A DNA stretch of 64,000 bases from Bacteroidia bacterium (GTDB taxonomy: Bacteria; Bacteroidota; Bacteroidia; CAILMK01; JBBDIG01), in the NCBI GenBank assembly GCA_040880525.1, contig JBBDIG010000055.1, forward strand, positions 1,402-65,401, written 5' to 3'. Under the pieces are notes generated by a model. The model did not search any database. It saw only the letters and a list, made by a program, of their open reading frames with translations, and was not told where the DNA came from. Of this stretch, positions 17,107 to 27,637 are shown piece after piece. A program made the translations under genes and the position numbers. Every line of letters starts with the position of its first letter. Within the stretch, counting starts at the first letter, position 1.

Positions 17107-17925
17107 TCAATATTGCTCATTGTCATTCGGAAAATCAAGCTGTTTCACGTCTTCAATATATTTTTCCACGGCCGTGGTTATATCATCGAACAGATTCATA
17201 TACCGTCTCAGGAACCGCGGGTTGAATTCCTTGTTGAGGCCAAGCAGATCATGTAGCACGAGCACCTGTCCATCTACATCCGCCCCGGCACCTATTCCTA
17301 TCACCGGAATGGTTAGCGATTCCGTGACGGTTTTGGCCAGCACGGCAGGTATCTTTTCGAGCACAATGGCAAAACATCCGGTTTCCTCAAGGATCCTGGC
17401 GTCTTCAATAAGTTTCTGCGCTTCTTCTTCTTCCTTTGCGCGCACCGTGTAGGTACCGAATTTATAGATGGATTGGGGAGTGAGGCCCAAATGTCCCATC
17501 ACAGGCACTCCGGCAGAAAGAATCCGCTCCAGCGATTCTTTGATTTCTTTGCCACCTTCCATCTTCACCGCATGAGCGCCTGATTCCTTCATAATCCGGA
17601 TGGTGCTTTCAAGGGCGATCTTTGAATTTCCTTGGTAGGAGCCGAACGGAAGATCCACCACTACCAGCGGCCGCTTGATAGCGCGCACCACCGATGCCGC
17701 ATGATAGATCATCTGATCAAGCGTAATGGGCAGCGTGGTCCGGTGGCCGGCCATAACATTAGATGCGGAATCACCCACCAGCAATACATCAATTCCGGCA
17801 TTGTCAAGGATGCGGGCAAGGGTGTAGTCATAGGCAGTAAGCATCGAAATCTTTTCACCGCTTGCCTTCATTTCCTGCAATACGTGGGTGGTAATTTTTT
17901 TGACTTTGCGGGAGTAATTCGTCAT
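17107..17925 (-). CDS. panB: 3-methyl-2-oxobutanoate hydroxymethyltransferase
   Basis: [39 protein letters not shown]. Confidence 0.97.
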   Translation of the reverse strand: MTNYSRKVKKITTHVLQEMKASGEKISMLTAYDYTLARILDNAGIDVLLVGDSASNVMAGHRTTLPITLDQMIYHAASVVRAIKRPLVVVDLPFGSYQGNSKIALESTIRIMKESGAHAVKMEGGKEIKESLERILSAGVPVMGHLGLTPQSIYKFGTYTVRAKEEEEAQKLIEDARILEETGCFAIVLEKIPAVLAKTVTESLTIPVIGIGAGADVDGQVLVLHDLLGLNKEFNPRFLRRYMNLFDDITTAVEKYIEDVKQLDFPNDNEQY

Positions 17926-18114
17926 AGGAGGAATGCGTTTTATGGGGCCGAAATTAACAATTGGTTGCCGGTATTATTATAAAAGCAAATGAATAAGGTC
18001 GTTCTTTTGTAGTGTATCCCGAACTTCATCTGCTGCCGGATTCTATAAGTGGCAGCCATACAATCAGCGTTTGAAGTTATTTTTGCACTTTTTATTTTAA
18101 AAATCCAGGATTTA

Positions 18115-19122
18115 ATGCGCGCAGCCACATTCCTTACTATTTGCTCCTTATTCTTTATTCTTCCTTTTTATTCCTGTGAAACCGACCTCAATGTTAATGC
18201 AGACTGGAAAGAGATAAGTGTAGTATACGGCCTTCTCAATGCTGATGATTCAGTTCATTATATAAAAGTAAGTAAGGCTTTTCTGAATGAGAACACCAGT
18301 GCCATTGAGGTGGCAGGCATTCAGGATTCTCTTTATCATCAGGACAGTCTCAGCGTTTTTTTGCAGGAGATAAACGACCGGGGCCAAATTTCGAGGGAAA
18401 TTCACCTCAGGCGCACTTATAACGAGAACAAGGAAAGTGGCATATTTTCCTACCCCGGCCAGTATCTTTATCGCACTCCGCCAGGCGTTGTCATCAGCAC
18501 GGACCACAGTTATACATTATTTGTCAGGAATTTAACGAGCGGTTATGAAACCTCGGCTACCACTCCTGTGGTAAACCCGGTCACCCCTATATACCCAGGA
18601 AATGCGCAAACGCAGATTCAGTTCTGGCGCTACAGTGATATTCGCTTTAGCTGGATTGCCGGGCTGGATGCCAAATTTTATCACGTTGAATGCGATTTTT
18701 TTTATGAGGAATTTCCCAAAACAGATCCTTCGGATGTTGTACAAAAAACCATGGTTTGGCGGCTTGGCCAATATCTCCTTTCCAATCCTGCCATTAAAGA
18801 GGAAATGACGCTTCAGATAAATGGAGAAATCTTCTACAGGACCATCGTCAGCAATATCCCGGTAAATGCAGATCTTCAACGCAGGGTTACCGGTATTCAG
18901 TTCCGGTTTGCATCAGGAGCTACGGAGGCCTATTATTACATCACGCTGAATGAACCTTCTGCAGGAGTGGTGCAACGCAAGCCGGAATATACCAACATGA
19001 GCAACGGGTTCGGTGTATTCTCAAGCCGTCATTTTGCCACAGCCCCGGCAAGCCTGGGCAACGAAAGCATAGATTCGCTTATTTTGGGTTCCCATACCCG
19101 CGATCTGAATTTTATCCGGTAA
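18115..19122 (+). CDS. Lipoprotein, DUF4249-like
   Basis: Lipobox FYSC, ISVVYGLLN...HYIKVSKAF, YTNMSNGFGVFSSR; start moved to ATG 18115. Confidence 0.65.
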   Translation: MRAATFLTICSLFFILPFYSCETDLNVNADWKEISVVYGLLNADDSVHYIKVSKAFLNENTSAIEVAGIQDSLYHQDSLSVFLQEINDRGQISREIHLRRTYNENKESGIFSYPGQYLYRTPPGVVISTDHSYTLFVRNLTSGYETSATTPVVNPVTPIYPGNAQTQIQFWRYSDIRFSWIAGLDAKFYHVECDFFYEEFPKTDPSDVVQKTMVWRLGQYLLSNPAIKEEMTLQINGEIFYRTIVSNIPVNADLQRRVTGIQFRFASGATEAYYYITLNEPSAGVVQRKPEYTNMSNGFGVFSSRHFATAPASLGNESIDSLILGSHTRDLNFIR

Positions 19123-19308
19123 AAGTTCAGTCCTGTTTTTCTGCACTCCCCAAGCTTTCCGGATTCCATTTCCATTCTGCCAATTAGTCAGAAATACTTA
19201 TGGAACTTCAAGCCTGTCAGTTAAAATATTCAATGGCACTGGCATTGATAACCACCTCCCCGAAAGTAAAACTGACTATTTAAAACAATAAAAATAACTA
19301 CTCGAGAC

Positions 19309-21249
19309 ATGGGAAAAATAATTGGAATTGACTTAGGAACTACCAATTCTTGTGTAGCTGTAATGGAAGGTAACCAACCCCAGGTTATTCCAAACAGTGA
19401 AGGCAAGAGAACCACACCTTCTGTCGTAGCTTTTTTGGAGAATGGTGAAATTAAGGTTGGTGATCCGGCAAAGCGCCAGGCGATCATCAATCCACAACAC
19501 ACTATCTCCTCTATTAAGCGCTTCATGGGTAAACGATTCAGTAAAGTAAAGGAAGAGAAAGACCACGTCAGCTATGCTGTTGATGAGGGACAGAATGACA
19601 CCATTCGTGTTAAGATCAATGATAAAAACTATACTCCGCAGGAACTTTCAGCTATGGTGCTTCAGAAAATGAAGAAAACCGCTGAAGACTACCTGGGCCA
19701 GACCGTTACAGAAGCTGTGATTACCGTCCCTGCTTACTTTGACGACTCACAAAGGCAGGCTACAAAAGAAGCCGGAGAAATTGCCGGACTTACCGTAAAA
19801 AGAATACTTAACGAACCAACGGCTGCTGCACTAGCTTATGGCCTTGATAAAAAGAGCAGCGATCAGAAAATTGCAGTATACGATCTTGGTGGCGGAACTT
19901 TCGATATTTCGATCCTCGAACTGGGAGATGGCGTTTTTGAAGTGAAATCAACCAGCGGTGATACCATGCTAGGTGGTGATGACTTTGATCACACGATTAT
20001 AAACTGGCTCGCAGATGAATTCAAGAGCAGTGAAAATGTTGACCTCAGGAAAGACCCAATGGCATTGCAGCGTTTGAAAGAAGCGGCTGAGAAAGCCAAA
20101 ATTGAGCTGTCGAGCGCGCAAGAAACTGAGATAAACCTGCCTTATGTCACTTCTGTGGACAACATGCCGAAGCACCTTGTAAAGAAGCTGAGCCGCAGCA
20201 AGTTTGAACAACTGTCTGACAATCTTGTCCAAAAGACCATCGGCCCCTGCCGGGAAGCTTTGAAGGCTGCCGGCCTCACCGCCAAAGATATTGATGAAGT
20301 GATACTGGTGGGTGGTTCTACGCGGATCCCGAAAGTTCAGGAAGTAGTAAAAAGCTTTTTTGAAAGAGAGCCGCACAAAGGAGTGAACCCTGATGAAGTC
20401 GTGGCAATAGGAGCTGCAATCCAGGGAGGAGTTCTTACCGGTGAGGTAAAGGATGTGTTGCTGTTGGACGTTACACCACTTTCAATGGGAATCGAAACCC
20501 TGGGTGGCGTAATGACGACTTTGATCTCGGCAAATACAACCATTCCAACCAAAAAAAGCGAGACCTTTTCGACTGCCGCTGATAATCAGCCTAGCGTGGA
20601 AATACACGTGCTGCAAGGGGAACGTCCGATGGCCAACCAGAACAAAACGATTGGCCGTTTCGTATTGGATGGAATTCCGCCTTCACCGCGTGGTGTCCCG
20701 CAAATTGAGGTAACGTTTGACATTGATGCGAACGGGATCCTGAATGTTAGCGCCAAGGACAAAGCAACCGGTAAGGAGCAAAAAATCCGGATTGAAGCCT
20801 CTTCAGGCCTTAGCAAGGAAGAAATTGAGAAAATGAAAGCCGAAGCGGCAGCCCATGCCGATGAGGACCAAAAAGCTAAGGAACGTATTGAAAAGCTGAA
20901 CCAGGCCGATGCACTGATTTTCTCAACAGAAAAGCAGATGAAAGAATATGGTGAGAAAATTCCGGCTGATAAGAAAGCAACGATCGAAACCGCCCTCGCG
21001 AGCCTGAAAGAGGCCCATAAGAGCGAAGATCTTTCGGCCATTGAATCAGCAACTTCTGAGCTTAATACCGCATGGCAAGCGGCCGCCACTGACATGTATC
21101 AGGGCACCCAGGGCGGAGCCGATCAGGGCCAGCCCGATGGAGGCGATGATTCAGCAACTGACGGATCTTCAGGAGCTGGAAACGGCAAAACTGAAGACGT
21201 AACCGATGTGGATTACGAAGAAGTCGAAGGCGATAATAATAAGAAGTAA
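19309..21249 (+). CDS. dnaK: Molecular chaperone DnaK
   Basis: [28 protein letters not shown], substrate-binding domain. Confidence 0.99.
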   Translation: MGKIIGIDLGTTNSCVAVMEGNQPQVIPNSEGKRTTPSVVAFLENGEIKVGDPAKRQAIINPQHTISSIKRFMGKRFSKVKEEKDHVSYAVDEGQNDTIRVKINDKNYTPQELSAMVLQKMKKTAEDYLGQTVTEAVITVPAYFDDSQRQATKEAGEIAGLTVKRILNEPTAAALAYGLDKKSSDQKIAVYDLGGGTFDISILELGDGVFEVKSTSGDTMLGGDDFDHTIINWLADEFKSSENVDLRKDPMALQRLKEAAEKAKIELSSAQETEINLPYVTSVDNMPKHLVKKLSRSKFEQLSDNLVQKTIGPCREALKAAGLTAKDIDEVILVGGSTRIPKVQEVVKSFFEREPHKGVNPDEVVAIGAAIQGGVLTGEVKDVLLLDVTPLSMGIETLGGVMTTLISANTTIPTKKSETFSTAADNQPSVEIHVLQGERPMANQNKTIGRFVLDGIPPSPRGVPQIEVTFDIDANGILNVSAKDKATGKEQKIRIEASSGLSKEEIEKMKAEAAAHADEDQKAKERIEKLNQADALIFSTEKQMKEYGEKIPADKKATIETALASLKEAHKSEDLSAIESATSELNTAWQAAATDMYQGTQGGADQGQPDGGDDSATDGSSGAGNGKTEDVTDVDYEEVEGDNNKK

Positions 21250-21271
21250 ATCTCTTTTTAGCCTTTAAATT

Positions 21272-21312
21272 AAAAGCCCGGTGAATCATCAAGAATCACC
21301 GGGCTTTTTTTA
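21272..21312 (+). terminator. Intrinsic terminator of dnaK (bidirectional form)
   Basis: AAAAGCCCGGTGA-loop-TCACCGGGCTTTTTTT. Confidence 0.9.
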
Positions 21313-21328
21313 TTGCATTCGGTACCTG

Positions 21329-21922
21329 CTATTTGGTCCATGTAGATTTACAGGAATCAACCGAAGAAGTAGCCGTATTTTCTATCATCAGATCAAGTGA
21401 AATGATTTCACCTGAAATGCTTCCTGTGCCGGAAACCAAAAGATCATTCCCTCCCGGTTGCTGAGTAATTATAAGCTCATCGTCATCTATAGTCGCTGAA
21501 ACGGGATCGTCAATAACCTCCGCCAGCCCGGTGATTAGGACGCCTGCAAGACGCAGAGAATCTACCAATATTTCTGCTTCATATATTCTTGAACCTCCGA
21601 CACTGCACGAATCCTCTACATTCCAGGCACCGATGAACCTGTTCCTGGCAATGATCTCACAGCGCTCTCCGGTATAACCCTCATTGCATGAGCAAATCCC
21701 GTTGTTGCATTCTCCATTTTGGCCACAGTCTATTTCAAAACAGGGCAATTCCTGATCACAAAGAACACCGGAATATGCCTCATGACAAATGCAGACGCCA
21801 TCCTCACAGGTTCCATGCGGGCCACAGTCAATGCCTTCACATGCCTCTCTGCATGATTCCAGTGAAAGGGTAAACCCACAAACACTCATTGCAATGACCA
21901 GATAAAGCTGAAATTTCTTCAT
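21329..21922 (-). CDS. Lipoprotein with two EGF-like repeats
   Basis: CEGIDCGPHGTCEDGVCICHEAYSGVLC and CFEIDCGQNGECNNGICSCNEGYTGERC. Confidence 0.8.
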   Translation of the reverse strand: MKKFQLYLVIAMSVCGFTLSLESCREACEGIDCGPHGTCEDGVCICHEAYSGVLCDQELPCFEIDCGQNGECNNGICSCNEGYTGERCEIIARNRFIGAWNVEDSCSVGGSRIYEAEILVDSLRLAGVLITGLAEVIDDPVSATIDDDELIITQQPGGNDLLVSGTGSISGEIISLDLMIENTATSSVDSCKSTWTK

Positions 21923-22121
21923 TAAATTTTTAAAGATTTTTTAAATTAAACCTGACGTTTTATAGAAAAACCCCGGGAACCGCAAATGTACTGCGGTCTA
22001 CCGCTCAGAATTTCCGGCTTTTTATTGATTTGCAAAATATCGAAGAGGCAGACCACATTTGGAAAGCCAGCTAAGAAGCTGACCGGCAAAGGCATATTTT
22101 CAGGATCCACCAGGCGGCAGA

Positions 22122-22412
22122 TCAGTCAACCGAAACTTCCAGAATGCAGGAAATGGGAATGCAAACTCCGCCTTTCAGGATGATATTTTCTTCCGTCACT
22201 GCCCACACGGTCGTTTCTACCTGCTTCTGACCTTCAGTGGTTTGAAATTTAATCCGCACCTTATGCTTATGGCCATTCCCAAGAATCCTGGCCTTTTCAA
22301 GCTTCTCTCTTCTCTGGATCCGGTCTGCAGGACGGTACAAGACATCCTGCGATGAAAACCGGCAGTTTTGAATCAATTCCTTGTCAATTTGCTGTGGGAT
22401 TAAAGTTTCCAT
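22122..22412 (-). CDS. Conserved hypothetical protein
   Basis: Coherent 96-aa ORF with LGNGHKHKVRIKF...VETTVWAVTEENIILKGGVCIP. Confidence 0.7.
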   Translation of the reverse strand: METLIPQQIDKELIQNCRFSSQDVLYRPADRIQRREKLEKARILGNGHKHKVRIKFQTTEGQKQVETTVWAVTEENIILKGGVCIPISCILEVSVD

Positions 22413-22591
22413 TGATATTTTCTTTTTTGATTTGGATCAGAATGCGCTTGGAAATATAAGAATTATCTGCAAAATATTTAATATTGACTGAGATCGCGTA
22501 ACGGGAATCGAGGCATGAGGCACTCATGTACTATTCGAACCTCTCTCAATTACAGCCGTTTCATCATTTCAATCCAAAAAAATAAATTGTT

Positions 22592-24553
22592 ATGCCCTTG
22601 AATGTAACACAGAAGTTGATCCGAGACCACCTCGTTGACGGTACCATGACTCCCGGAAATGAAATCGGGCTGCGGATAGACCAAACCCTGACCCAGGATG
22701 CCACCGGAACAATGGTAATGCTGGAATTGGAAGCTATGGGCCTTGATCGCGCCAAAACAGAAGTATCCGTGCAATATGTAGATCACAACCTGCTGCAAAC
22801 CGACTATAAGAATGCGGATGATCACCTTTTTCTGATGAGCGCAGCGAGCCGTTTTGGAATCTGGTACAGCCGGCCCGGCAATGGAGTAAGCCATCCGGTA
22901 CATCAGGAACGCTTCGGGAAACCTGGCCGGACGATGGCGGGCAGCGACAGCCACACTCCGGCAGCCGGGGCAATTGGAATGCTGGCATTGGGTGCTGGCG
23001 GACTTGATGTAGCCTTTGCCATCGCAGGTAAACCGCTCTACATGAAAATGCCAAAAGTCCTGGGTGTGAAGCTGACAGGTAAACTACCGGATTGGGTAAG
23101 CGCAAAAGATGTGGTGCTGGAGATGCTCAGGCGGTATGATGTAAAAGGAGCGCGGGGCATGGTAATCGAATATTACGGCCCGGGTCTCAATAGCCTGAGC
23201 TGCATGGATCGCCATGTTATCGCTAATATGGGAACAGAGATGGGCGCTACATCCACCGTTTTCCCAAGCGATGATGAAGTAAAGCGATTCCTGAAAAGTG
23301 AACACCGTGAGCAGGACTGGATACACCTGGTGGCCGATGAAGGTGCCGGCTACGATATAAATGATGAACTGGACCTGAACAAACTGGAACCCATGATCGC
23401 TCTTCCGGGAAGCCCTGGCAACGTGAAAAAAGTCAGGGAAGTAGAAGGACGCAGTATCAGCCAGGCAGTCATAGGATCATCTGCAAATCCAGGCTTGCGC
23501 GATTTCTGGATGGCAGGCCAGATCGTGAAAGGGAAAACCACGCAGAATGACGTTTCATTCGACATCAATCCTACAAGCCGGCAGTTGATCGAAAATCTCT
23601 CAACCACAGACAGTTTTGCCAGCCTCATTCATGCCGGAGCGCGATTTCACCAAGCCGGATGTCTTGGCTGCATTGGAATGGGGCAAGCACCGGCCAGCGG
23701 GCGCATCAGCCTGCGAACGATGCCGCGCAATTTCCCTGGGCGCAGCGGAACTCGTGAAGATGCCGTTTACCTGTGCAGCCCCGAAACGGCTGCCGCCTCT
23801 GCGCTGACCGGCAAGATCACCGATCCACGCGACCTCGAACAGATTTATGGAATGCGCTATCCGCAGTTTGTGGAGCCGGATCGTATCATCATTAATAACG
23901 AGTTGCTGGTAGAACCGCCAGAAGACAGCAGTCACGTGGAACTGGTGAAAGGTCCAAACATTCAGAGTTTACCGGAATTTGCCCCCCTGGCAGATGCATT
24001 GGAAGTGCCCGTATTGCTAAAAATGAGTGATAATATTTCCACAGATGAGATCATGCCTGCCGGTTCGCAAGTTCTGCCTCTTCGAAGCAATATCCCTGAA
24101 ATCAGCAAATATTCATACTTCCAGATAGATCAGCAGTTTTATGAGAAAGCTTTGGAAGCGAAGGAAAGATTTTCTGCATTTACGGTAGTGGCCGGTGAAA
24201 ATTACGCCCAGGGAAGCAGCCGCGAACATGCAGCCATCGCGCCCCGGTATCTGGGTCAGGCCGTTACCATTGCAAAAAGCTACGCGCGCATCGGATGGCA
24301 GAACATGGTGAATTTTGCAATTCTCCCGCTGGAATTTGCTGACCCGGACGACTATGACAAACTTGAACAGGGAGACATCCTGGTCCTGCATGGCTTACAC
24401 GACTCCATTAAGAATGACAAGGAAATCATCCTCAGCGTTAAAGGAAAGAACATCATGTGCAAAATGAAACATTCATTAAGTGAACGGCAAAAGAATGTAA
24501 TCCTGGCCGGAGGAGTAATTAATTTACTAAAACAGGAGATTACATCGCTCTAA
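22592..24553 (+). CDS. Aconitate hydratase, about 650-aa Aquifex-type subfamily
   Basis: QDATGTM, DHN, GSDSHT, GCLGCIG, RNFPGR, NYAQGSSREHA. Confidence 0.9.
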   Translation: MPLNVTQKLIRDHLVDGTMTPGNEIGLRIDQTLTQDATGTMVMLELEAMGLDRAKTEVSVQYVDHNLLQTDYKNADDHLFLMSAASRFGIWYSRPGNGVSHPVHQERFGKPGRTMAGSDSHTPAAGAIGMLALGAGGLDVAFAIAGKPLYMKMPKVLGVKLTGKLPDWVSAKDVVLEMLRRYDVKGARGMVIEYYGPGLNSLSCMDRHVIANMGTEMGATSTVFPSDDEVKRFLKSEHREQDWIHLVADEGAGYDINDELDLNKLEPMIALPGSPGNVKKVREVEGRSISQAVIGSSANPGLRDFWMAGQIVKGKTTQNDVSFDINPTSRQLIENLSTTDSFASLIHAGARFHQAGCLGCIGMGQAPASGRISLRTMPRNFPGRSGTREDAVYLCSPETAAASALTGKITDPRDLEQIYGMRYPQFVEPDRIIINNELLVEPPEDSSHVELVKGPNIQSLPEFAPLADALEVPVLLKMSDNISTDEIMPAGSQVLPLRSNIPEISKYSYFQIDQQFYEKALEAKERFSAFTVVAGENYAQGSSREHAAIAPRYLGQAVTIAKSYARIGWQNMVNFAILPLEFADPDDYDKLEQGDILVLHGLHDSIKNDKEIILSVKGKNIMCKMKHSLSERQKNVILAGGVINLLKQEITSL

Positions 24554-24571
24554 TGTAAGCCGGGAGGATTT

Positions 24572-25321
24572 TTACTCTGCCCCCGCTCCTTTCATGCTTC
24601 CTGCCTCCGTAAAATGGATGGAGCGCAAAATTCCAGGAACGATCATGCGGTACATGCGATGCAATTTTCCATGCCGCCTGTAAATATCGCCTTGCATCTC
24701 ATCACATTCATCTAATGTCTTTTCAGCACCACTTACTCCGTCTATACATTTTGCCTCAAAACTGTCCACGGCTATTTGTGCGAAGATGAATCCCTGTTCA
24801 TTCCAACCTGAAGGTAGTTTTGCAGGTTTGAGAAAATATGCCCACTGGCGGTCATTTTCCAGCAACAGCACTTTTGATTCTTTTAAGTTTAAAGAGAAAT
24901 TTACGGGAGCTTCCCCGTCCCAATCCTGCAGGCTCTTTATCGTTCCGCGCGGAAGCTCGGTTCCATAACCTTCCGGGAATATGCCCACATAAGTGGCCCC
25001 GGCCGGGGCATGAACGTTCAGGGGCAATTCTATTATGGTCTCACTTCTGGAGGAATAAATATTAATGATTGCATTTGGAAAAGTGGTGGAGTCTTCCATC
25101 ACCTTCCAGACTTTTGGATATACCAGCCGCAGTCCAAACGCTTGGTTCTCATATTCATTCCAGCCTTCTGTACTGATTTCAAACCGGGCTTTCTTCGGGC
25201 TCCTTTCCTTCTTTTTCTCTGCCTCCGTATCCTCCGAAGACCGCTGTTCGCCAGAATCAGGTGAGCCGCATGAGATTGTAATAATCATCAACAGGGAAAG
25301 TATCCAAATTAAATTTTTCAT
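24572..25321 (-). CDS. Hypothetical lipoprotein
   Basis: Lipobox TISC; no family recognised. Confidence 0.65.
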   Translation of the reverse strand: MKNLIWILSLLMIITISCGSPDSGEQRSSEDTEAEKKKERSPKKARFEISTEGWNEYENQAFGLRLVYPKVWKVMEDSTTFPNAIINIYSSRSETIIELPLNVHAPAGATYVGIFPEGYGTELPRGTIKSLQDWDGEAPVNFSLNLKESKVLLLENDRQWAYFLKPAKLPSGWNEQGFIFAQIAVDSFEAKCIDGVSGAEKTLDECDEMQGDIYRRHGKLHRMYRMIVPGILRSIHFTEAGSMKGAGAE

Positions 25322-25384
25322 GGTTTGAATAATTTTAAAAACTGAAACAGCAAGTTGTGAATAGTCACTGGCTTTTTTATGCTT

Positions 25385-26500
25385 TTAAATGTGAGCGCTT
25401 TGCTCGGCTACGCTGCCTTTTACCACGTGATATAGGTCCACTTCCTTTGCTACGGGCAGAATGTACTCCTCAACCCTGGCCAGCGATGTATCGGTAATGA
25501 ACACCTGCCCGTAATCCAGGTGAAATAGCAGACTGATGAGCTGCCGCACCCGGTGCCGGTCCAGCCGGTCAAAGAGGTCGTCCAGCAGAAGTAGAGGGGG
25601 AAAGCCTTTGCGGTCTTTTATGTAGCTGAATTCCGCCAGCTTCAGCGCCAGCAAGTAGCTCTTTTGCTGACCCTGGCTGCCGAACTTTTTCAGGGGATGG
25701 TCTCCAATCGTAAACTCCAGGTCGTCTTTATGGATTCCGCTGGAAGTGCGCTGCAAAGCCAGGTCGCGCTGAAGATTCTTTTTCAGCCGCTCCAGCAGCG
25801 GCATCTCGTGCAGGCGCGACTGATACGTCAGAGATACATCTTCCCGGCCTTGGGTAATCGCTTTCACATATTCCCTGAAATAAGGTAAAAACTCAGCAAT
25901 AAACCGGCTACGGACTTCATAGATCAAACTTCCGGTTTCATGCAGTTTCTGATCATAGATCCCCAGCAATTCACGGTTTAGACGACCTATTTCTTCAGCA
26001 TCCTTCAGCAAGGCATTGCGTTGTTGAAGCGCCCGTTCATACTGACTCAATAACTGCATGTAAGCCTTATCGTCCTGCGAAATCGCAGCATCCATAAATT
26101 TTCTGCGGGTCTCGCTACCGCCCGTAATCAGATCTACGTCATAAGGCGTTACCATCACCACCGGATACCTGCCATAATGTTCCGTCATTCGAGGCACCGC
26201 CACCTGATTTTTCTTTATCACCTTTTTCCGTCCGCGCACTTGCCCTATCAGCACCGTATCATTTTCTTCCAACCGCTTCAATTCTCCTTCTACCATAAAA
26301 TATTTTTCCCCGTGCTGAATGTTTTGGGCATCTATATAATTAAAGTAGCTTTTTCCGGTAGAGAGATAATGGATCGCATCAAGGAGGTTGGTTTTCCCGG
26401 CACCATTATCACCCCAAAATACCACGAATCGCTGCCGGAATTTTATCCGTGCCTTCGGGAAATTTTTAAAGCTATCCAGGTGGAGGGAATGCAGAAACAT
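25385..26500 (-). CDS. recF: DNA replication/repair protein RecF
   Basis: GDNGAGKTNLLDAI, RRKFMD, GIHKDDL, GSQGQQKS, LLLDDLF; start moved to ATG 26500. Confidence 0.96.
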   Translation of the reverse strand: MFLHSLHLDSFKNFPKARIKFRQRFVVFWGDNGAGKTNLLDAIHYLSTGKSYFNYIDAQNIQHGEKYFMVEGELKRLEENDTVLIGQVRGRKKVIKKNQVAVPRMTEHYGRYPVVMVTPYDVDLITGGSETRRKFMDAAISQDDKAYMQLLSQYERALQQRNALLKDAEEIGRLNRELLGIYDQKLHETGSLIYEVRSRFIAEFLPYFREYVKAITQGREDVSLTYQSRLHEMPLLERLKKNLQRDLALQRTSSGIHKDDLEFTIGDHPLKKFGSQGQQKSYLLALKLAEFSYIKDRKGFPPLLLLDDLFDRLDRHRVRQLISLLFHLDYGQVFITDTSLARVEEYILPVAKEVDLYHVVKGSVAEQSAHI

Positions 26501-26506
26501 AGCGCA

Positions 26507-26544
26507 CAAAGGTAAGGCTGCCTGCAGCTGTAGAAGTACCTTTG
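26507..26544. promoter_or_regulatory. Back-to-back -7 boxes for recF and the EamA gene
   Basis: TACCTTTG on minus (26514-26507) and on plus (26537-26544), each 6 nt before an ATG. Confidence 0.6.
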
Positions 26545-26550
26545 CCGGCT

Positions 26551-27465
26551 ATGTCGAAGAAGAGTTTATGGCTGCTGGTGCATCTCTCCATGATAGGGGT
26601 GTCGCTGATTTATGGAGGCAATTATACGGTGGCAAAAGAGGTGATGCCTGCTTTTATTCAGCCTTCCGGTTTTATCATGGTTCGCGTGTGGGTGGCCCTG
26701 CTGATGCTCACGCTCATACAGATCATTTTTGTAAAGGAAAAAATTCGCGGGCTGAAAGACTATGCATACCTGGCAATGTGTGCATTTTTTGGCGTTGCAG
26801 CCAACATGCTCATGTTCTTCAATGGCCTCAATCATACAACGCCTATCAATGCCTCGCTCATTATGACGCTAACTCCGGTCATTGTGTTGACGGCAGGTAC
26901 GCTACTGAAAGAGGAGCAGTTCCGGTGGAGAAAGCTGGCGGGCGTTCTCCTGGGTTTGTCAGGAGCGGCACTGCTCATTGCCGGCCCATCCTTATCGTTT
27001 GATACTTCCACCTGGTGGGGCGATTTGCTGATACTGTTCAATGCATCATCCTACGCCATATATCTGGTGCTTATTCGTCCGATGATGGTGAAATATCATC
27101 CGTTTACCGTCATTCGCTGGACTTTCACCTTCGGTGCTTTGATGGTCCTTCCTTTCGGCCTGAATCAGGTTTTGGATGCTAAATGGACACAGATGGAACC
27201 CATACATTGGGCACAAATAGCATTTGTGGTGCTGGGCACAACCTTCATTGCTTACCTGCTTAATGCATGGGCCTTAAAGTTTGTGAAATCGTCAGTGGTG
27301 GGTTCCTACATTTACCTGCAGCCTGTTTTTGCAACTTTGATCGCGGTGGTATTTGCTGATTACAACCTTTATCCCCGGCATTTGCTTTATGCAGCACTGA
27401 TTATGGGTGGCGTGTTTCTGGTGAGCTGGAATAAAAATAACAGACAGTCCGTACGAAGCCCTTAA
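26551..27465 (+). CDS. DMT/EamA family transporter
   Basis: Ten hydrophobic segments in two EamA repeats; YIYLQPVFA motif. Confidence 0.9.
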   Translation: MSKKSLWLLVHLSMIGVSLIYGGNYTVAKEVMPAFIQPSGFIMVRVWVALLMLTLIQIIFVKEKIRGLKDYAYLAMCAFFGVAANMLMFFNGLNHTTPINASLIMTLTPVIVLTAGTLLKEEQFRWRKLAGVLLGLSGAALLIAGPSLSFDTSTWWGDLLILFNASSYAIYLVLIRPMMVKYHPFTVIRWTFTFGALMVLPFGLNQVLDAKWTQMEPIHWAQIAFVVLGTTFIAYLLNAWALKFVKSSVVGSYIYLQPVFATLIAVVFADYNLYPRHLLYAALIMGGVFLVSWNKNNRQSVRSP

Positions 27466-27637
27466 TATTTTGGCTTTAGTTAACATTAAAATAGCGGGGC
27501 TCATAAACTGTTTTTTCAACCATTTATTTAAAACCAACCCTAAATACGTACCTCGATTCCGATAAATTCAGGCTTAAAACAAAATGTTAATGATGGGATT
27601 TACTTTTAAAACTCAATTTTATTATAAAAAGAACACC

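Noticed and set aside
19150-19308. CIRCE/HrcA operator before dnaK
   Set aside because: No TTAGCACTC-N9-GAGTGCTAA; only short TGGCAC-like words
21966-22023. Known riboswitch (c-di-GMP, SAM)
   Set aside because: Consensus motifs are not matched; kept only as a terminator-like hairpin
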